64,000 nucleotides of DNA from a bacterium. GTDB lineage: Bacteria; Bdellovibrionota_C; UBA2361; CALJRW01. Positions 59,291 through 64,000 of the stretch are shown piece after piece; the first letter of the stretch is position 1, and every line of letters starts with the position of its first letter. A program made the position numbers and the translations under genes. The stretch lies in NCBI GenBank assembly GCA_031385045.1, contig JANNBC010000025.1:1-64000 (forward strand), in the 5' to 3' direction. Below the pieces are notes generated by a model. The model worked only from the letters and a program-made list of their open reading frames with translations, was not told the DNA's origin and searched no databases.

Positions 59291-59503
59291 AGGGGGATTG
59301 CGACTTTTTACGTAGCTGTTCACGTGCTAGGTAAAAGTCTTTTGCCAAGATGCTCAAAGAAAGCAGATCTAGCTATTTCTTTGTCAAAATCTGAACGATT
59401 TTGTCCATTGGTGTGAACGGCTAGTCGTCTCTCCCCCTTCGCTAAAGCTACGGGAGGACAAGCTACCCCCAATTTACTTCGTAAATTGACCCCTTATAGG
59501 GGA
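59291..59503. repeat. Nested palindromic complex including a REP-like unit (59432-59458)
   Basis: tagctgttcac/gtgaacggcta arms; tcccccttcgctaaagctacgggagga; caatttac-ttc-gtaaattg; cccct-tat-agggg. Confidence 0.7.
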
Positions 59504-59573
59504 TTTGATCTTTCTTTATAATGACTACCTGAACGCTTACCTTTTTACTTAACTTAATCATTTTGATTTAATT

Positions 59574-60044
59574 ATGAAATCTGTGGCAATCTTCCTTAGA
59601 GCTATTGGCTTCATTCTTTCGGCAGGATTGTTTCTAATTTCTGCCTACACCCTTAGTGATTATTATTATTTTAAATTCTTTTCTGTTAAGGCGGAAGGAA
59701 TTATCACTTCTGTCCAAATTCCGGAAGTGCACTCTCGTTTAGCACAGGCTTCTAATGCCAATCACTCAATAATTAGTGAAGCAGAATATTCTCCTAATTA
59801 TCAGATTGATTATCAAGATTTAAATCACCAACCACAGAGCGGAGTCTTAGTTGGCCTGATTGGTCAGGCAATCTATAAGTCAGGTGATGTTATTCAGTTT
59901 TCCTATCTTCAGAGTAATACTCAAAAACTTAGACAGGTAGAATCCGAAAATCCTTGGCCTACAGTTAGCTTATGTTTATTTATTGCCTGTATCCTCTTAG
60001 CGTTCAGCCTGAGATCTGGTTTTAGAAAAAGAGTGAGTTATTAA
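59574..60044 (+). CDS. Membrane protein, DUF3592-like
   Basis: N- and C-terminal TM helices around a beta-rich domain (AEGIIT...Y.SGDVIQFSY). Confidence 0.6.
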   Translation: MKSVAIFLRAIGFILSAGLFLISAYTLSDYYYFKFFSVKAEGIITSVQIPEVHSRLAQASNANHSIISEAEYSPNYQIDYQDLNHQPQSGVLVGLIGQAIYKSGDVIQFSYLQSNTQKLRQVESENPWPTVSLCLFIACILLAFSLRSGFRKRVSY

Positions 60045-61183
60045 GCACCAACTATTTGTGGGTAAGATTTAGTAGAAATCATTTGCTCACTACCAACGCA
60101 AATCCGTAGCATTTTTCGAAATCTAACAAAGACACTTTCTTGGATATAGGGAATCTTGTATTTTAGACAAAGCGCTTTTACTTCTGGTTGTACTTCTCGA
60201 TATTTAAGCATTGGAAGATCGGGGAATAGGTGATGTTCAATTTGGTAGTTAAGCCAAATTTGTAAATAGTCCTGCCATTCTTTACCGCAATGATAATTAA
60301 CTGACGTTAATACCTGGGTTAGATAAAACTGTTCTTTATTATCATAGTGAAATTCATAGCGATGTAAATCGTCCCCGGCATGATTTGGTCCAATAATTAA
60401 GAAAGAATGAAAATTGGTAATCATTTCTGCTAGCACCTTATTGATTAATACAAACAGAGCTGCCTGTGGGCTAATTAGTAAAAATAGAGCGGGAATAGCA
60501 ATAAAGTGGAAAGTGAAATAGGGTAGATAGCATTGTAGCCAAAGTCTTCTAACTTGTACTTTTTGAAAAGAAAGTAGATCACGGAGAGATAAAAACTTTA
60601 CCTGATCCTTATCGATTCGTTGATACTTCTCATCTAAGCAACTAATTGTATTTAGCGCATAATAGGTGAATTTCCAGCTAATGCAGAAAAAGAACATAAA
60701 AATATACTTACACCAGATAGGCAGCGATAATTTTCTTAAGAATTCTGCATTTCTCTCGACAAGGTCTGGATCTTGATGTTCCCCAGTATGGTAATGGTGA
60801 AGAATATTATGTTCATAGTCCCAACCACTAGGGTGAATCCAATCAAACCAATCAATAAAACGACGATTCCCTTTGGCAAACCCTTTACTTGTATAGCGAG
60901 TTGGGATGTTAGGCACTCGGTCGTAGCCACGGTGCATAATGTGATGTGCCATTAGCCAACGTGTAAATTGTCCTAGGCTTAAAAGAAATGCACTAATCGG
61001 GTTAGGAAGAATCCAAGCAGTTAGATAGCCAAAAAAAGTCGCAATCCTTCCGTAGCTTTCCACTTTTTTTAAATGCTGATAATCTTTACTAGAAATTGAA
61101 GCGTAAATGCGCTGCTTGATTTCCCCAAGTTCAGCAGTAAAGTTTTTAATATCTTCTTTCGAGAATTGATTGGTAACATCCAT
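60041..61183 (-). CDS. Fatty acid desaturase family protein
   Basis: His boxes HHIMH, HNILHH, QIEHHLFP. Confidence 0.92.
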   Translation of the reverse strand: MDVTNQFSKEDIKNFTAELGEIKQRIYASISSKDYQHLKKVESYGRIATFFGYLTAWILPNPISAFLLSLGQFTRWLMAHHIMHRGYDRVPNIPTRYTSKGFAKGNRRFIDWFDWIHPSGWDYEHNILHHYHTGEHQDPDLVERNAEFLRKLSLPIWCKYIFMFFFCISWKFTYYALNTISCLDEKYQRIDKDQVKFLSLRDLLSFQKVQVRRLWLQCYLPYFTFHFIAIPALFLLISPQAALFVLINKVLAEMITNFHSFLIIGPNHAGDDLHRYEFHYDNKEQFYLTQVLTSVNYHCGKEWQDYLQIWLNYQIEHHLFPDLPMLKYREVQPEVKALCLKYKIPYIQESVFVRFRKMLRICVGSEQMISTKSYPQIVGA

Positions 61184-61241
61184 TAATGGTGTTTATAAAC
61201 TTTAAGACTTGAAGGGGCAAGCATAATAGGTGGGTATTTAT

Positions 61242-61646
61242 ATGACAAAAATAACTGGAAGATATCTTACTGGACTTAAGGTTGAGTCAACTCATTTAGA
61301 CTCAGGAAGCAAATTTACCACAGTTGCGCCAAAGGATAATAACGGGGACGGTAGCTCATTTTCCCCCTCAGATACAGTAGCCAGTGCTTTGGCTTCTTGT
61401 ATGCTAACAATTTGTGGGATTAAAGCCAAGAAGGAAAATCATTCCTTAGCAGGTGCTCATTACGAGATTGAAAAAATTATGCAATCTAATCCACGTCGCA
61501 TAGGTAAATTAGTGTTAACAATTAATTTACCCTTATCCATCCCAGAGAATGCAAGAGCAGGGTATGAAGATGCCTTAAAAAATTGTCCTGTACATCATAG
61601 TTTGCATCCCGATATCGAGCTGGATCTAACTATTAAATACTTATAG
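61242..61646 (+). CDS. OsmC family protein
   Basis: FSPSD..ASALASC; CPVHHSLHP. Confidence 0.9.
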   Translation: MTKITGRYLTGLKVESTHLDSGSKFTTVAPKDNNGDGSSFSPSDTVASALASCMLTICGIKAKKENHSLAGAHYEIEKIMQSNPRRIGKLVLTINLPLSIPENARAGYEDALKNCPVHHSLHPDIELDLTIKYL

Positions 61647-61665
61647 CTATACCACCTCGAGCAGA

Positions 61666-62310
61666 CTAATCATCTAATTCTACAGCTGCAGTATTATTAA
61701 TTAAATAGGTATGATTGATCGGTCCCCATTGATGAGTCGTTTCACAGTAGGCCTTTAAGCTGTAAGTTGGAATATCAAGATACCAGGCATGTAACTTTAC
61801 CTGATTTTTCTTAATTTTCTTGGCAATAAAATCAACCTCTTTTAATTTATTAATTTGATTCATTACGTGATGTTGCACATTATAGAGCAATGATCTTTTG
61901 GGGTTTAGATCTTTATCACCAGAGCCTACTTCTAGCCATTTATAAATCTCTTCGTATCTCTGTAAATTTTTAGGATTGAGAATAGCTTTAACCGCGCCAC
62001 AATCTGAGTGCCCACAGATTATAATATGTTTAACTTTTAAGATTTCTACAGCAAACTCAATTGAACCAAGGGAGCCACAGTGTCCTTCGTATGGAGAGGT
62101 AATAATATTACCAGCATTTCTGACTACAAAAACTTCTCCAGGCTTAGCACCCATCAAAAAATATGGTTCTACACGCGAGTCGGAGCAGGTGATAAGTAAT
62201 ATTTCAGGATTTTGATTATTAGCTAACTTAAATAGTTGCTTCTTCTCTTGGATGCTGAGGTTTCTCTGTAATTTATTATAACGAAGAATTAGCTTTTGAA
62301 TAATATCCAT
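61666..62310 (-). CDS. Beta-class carbonic anhydrase
   Basis: CSDSRV, VRNAGN, GHSDCGA. Confidence 0.95.
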   Translation of the reverse strand: MDIIQKLILRYNKLQRNLSIQEKKQLFKLANNQNPEILLITCSDSRVEPYFLMGAKPGEVFVVRNAGNIITSPYEGHCGSLGSIEFAVEILKVKHIIICGHSDCGAVKAILNPKNLQRYEEIYKWLEVGSGDKDLNPKRSLLYNVQHHVMNQINKLKEVDFIAKKIKKNQVKLHAWYLDIPTYSLKAYCETTHQWGPINHTYLINNTAAVELDD

Positions 62311-62429
62311 TACAAATAATCAGGGTGAGATAAAGTTCTAGCTAATATTTTAGAATAGTTTTTTCAAAAGGAAAATGCTTATTTAAAATTTTTGCGGAAT
62401 AAATAGTTTTTGGAGGTTTCAAGTCATGA

Positions 62430-63221
62430 TTAACTTGAGGCCGAGGAGTAATTTTTCAGTCCTTGATTCCAAACTATTTTAATTAAAAAGAGCATCAGAA
62501 TAAAGGTTATAATCATTGTCCCAAACATTTGATAATCATGAAAATTAAGTAAAAATCTTACTGGCCCAGAGGCAACCATTAGAATTGGAATTAAATAAAG
62601 TAGTAAAAAGCGAATCTTATTTTGAAAAACAAAGTCTGGCCAAAAAACAAATTGCGAAACTTGATAACGTAGATAATTTAAACCGAGACCCTGAACTGTC
62701 CAGAATGATAAAAGAGTAATTAGGATTAGCAGAGTAGAAACAAAAACTCCGGCAAAGATGATGACAAATGGTAGTAAGACCCAGCCTAAAAGACTAAGCC
62801 CGACATGCCAGGCGGCATAAATTAGAATCCCAACTGGGAACCAAAGAATTAGTAAGGAGCCTGCCGATATATATGTAAAGAAGACTGAGAGGATTTCTGA
62901 GGCAGGTTTTAATAATTTAAAATCTAATTGTCCACGTTTTAGATCGTCCTCTGAGAATCTCCAAAGATTTCCGACTACGAAAGTATAGAATAGATCCATG
63001 GCGGTTACAGAAAAGGCCCAAAAGAAAATAAATTCCTCACGAGTCCAGCCGCTAATTTCTTTGACATTATTAAATAGTACTTCAATTGTTAATAATTGAG
63101 TTCCATAGAAAACAATTTCTTCCAAGACGCCCATAAAGAAGTTTGTTCTGAAGCTAAGTGTTTTGATTAAATTAATCCTTAAGAATTGTTTCCAGAGTTT
63201 TATGTTGTGGGTAATGTTCAT
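62430..63221 (-). CDS. ABC-2 family transporter permease (DUF990 type)
   Basis: GQLDFKLLKP; WNQGLKNYSSASS. Confidence 0.88.
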   Translation of the reverse strand: MNITHNIKLWKQFLRINLIKTLSFRTNFFMGVLEEIVFYGTQLLTIEVLFNNVKEISGWTREEFIFFWAFSVTAMDLFYTFVVGNLWRFSEDDLKRGQLDFKLLKPASEILSVFFTYISAGSLLILWFPVGILIYAAWHVGLSLLGWVLLPFVIIFAGVFVSTLLILITLLSFWTVQGLGLNYLRYQVSQFVFWPDFVFQNKIRFLLLYLIPILMVASGPVRFLLNFHDYQMFGTMIITFILMLFLIKIVWNQGLKNYSSASS

Positions 63222-63240
63222 TTTATTTTTGATTTTCAAG

Positions 63241-63350
63241 AATTTATCAAAGATAAATAATTTATTTCAATATGTTTCAAGCAATCCGCCTACGCCAAGG
63301 CTTCGGCGGGATGATTTTTAATAATTTATCTTTGATAAATTATTAAAAAT
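63241..63350. repeat. REP-like palindrome (63285-63311) flanked by AT-rich palindromes
   Basis: tccgcctacgccaaggcttcggcggga; gatttttaataatttatc-ttt-gataaattattaaaaatc. Confidence 0.75.
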
Positions 63351-64000
63351 CACATTCCTGAGGCGGTGTATAGTTTTAGACCTCTTCTCCACAGAAAATT
63401 ACAGAATAATAAACTTAATAGTGACCAGCTAATTACCGCAATAAAACAGTTGATAATTTCAGTGTTAGTAGCCAGTCCCATTCCAATTTTAACTGGGAAG
63501 TAGGTCATAAATGGGAAGGGGGTGAGGTAGAGTATTTTTTGAATAGCGGAAGGGAACATATCAATTGGAAAAATTGCACCAGAGAGTAGGTTAACTAAAG
63601 TCACTAAGATAATCCTAAAAGTCCAAGTCTCTTCCAACCAAAAAGCAATTAGGCCTAGGGCAAAACGTAAGAAGAACCACAAGATTGAGACGAAAATACT
63701 GACAGATAGAAATAGGATTAGGCCAATTGGTTCGATTTGGATCATTCCAAGAAGTGCAAAGACGATAATCGAAAAAAAAGAAATGACTAATTGGAGAATG
63801 CTGAACGCTAAAAAACTAGCAAAATGAAACTTCCAAAAACTAAAAGGATAAATTAAATAAGAGCTAATTCTTCCTAATCTGATATCTTCAGCTAAGCTTC
63901 TTTCGCTATATGAGCTAGTCAGTAAAGAAAAGATTAAGATCCAGCACTGGTAACTAAGCATCATTTCCAAAGTAAAACCAGCAATGATTTGTTTGGAATT
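63350..64000 (-). CDS. ABC-2 family transporter permease, 5' end outside the window
   Basis: IRLGRISSYLIYP, SGAIFPIDMFP, LWRRGLKLYTASG; frame open to the window edge. Confidence 0.88.
   Translation of the reverse strand, partial: NSKQIIAGFTLEMMLSYQCWILIFSLLTSSYSERSLAEDIRLGRISSYLIYPFSFWKFHFASFLAFSILQLVISFFSIIVFALLGMIQIEPIGLILFLSVSIFVSILWFFLRFALGLIAFWLEETWTFRIILVTLVNLLSGAIFPIDMFPSAIQKILYLTPFPFMTYFPVKIGMGLATNTEIINCFIAVISWSLLSLLFCNFLWRRGLKLYTASGM

Noticed and set aside
59222..59416. 64-aa ORF overlapping the typA end
   Set aside because: Runs through a palindromic repeat region; no coding features.

Overview
AT-rich bacterial chromosomal window with diderm-type gene content (type IV pilins, lipoproteins, MltD-like enzyme, DksA). 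The gene content is compatible with a Bdellovibrionota/Oligoflexia-like or other deltaproteobacteria-like lineage, but that placement is an inference. Most genes are housekeeping: ychF, rnpB, tRNA-Lys, tRNA-Ile2, cysK, dnaB, dksA, a double-length uvrA, menB/menE, nadA/nadB, manA, typA and mevalonate genes. There is also a UbiA/DprE1/DprE2-like arabinofuranose operon. The best candidate for an undescribed system is a compact RiPP cassette at 33775-35311 (-). It encodes a PqqD/RRE protein, a 46-aa precursor missed by the ORF track (34846-34986; lasso-type leader YxxPxLxxxGxxxxxT, predicted core FGGSMSADFFGMQT) and a PRMT-fold methyltransferase with a remodelled substrate pocket. No lasso cyclase or peptidase is present in the window. 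The cassette lies divergent from a 1548-aa surface protein whose unrecognised C-terminal domain has a stand-alone paralogue at 43230. Other signals: a dispersed REP-like palindrome family with nested copies, a TA-bounded MITE, palindromes that mirror the ends of the stable RNA genes, a C13 tract upstream of a pilin, a non-canonical nadB start, and several catalytically degenerate enzymes. All calls come from reading motifs by eye; no searches were run.
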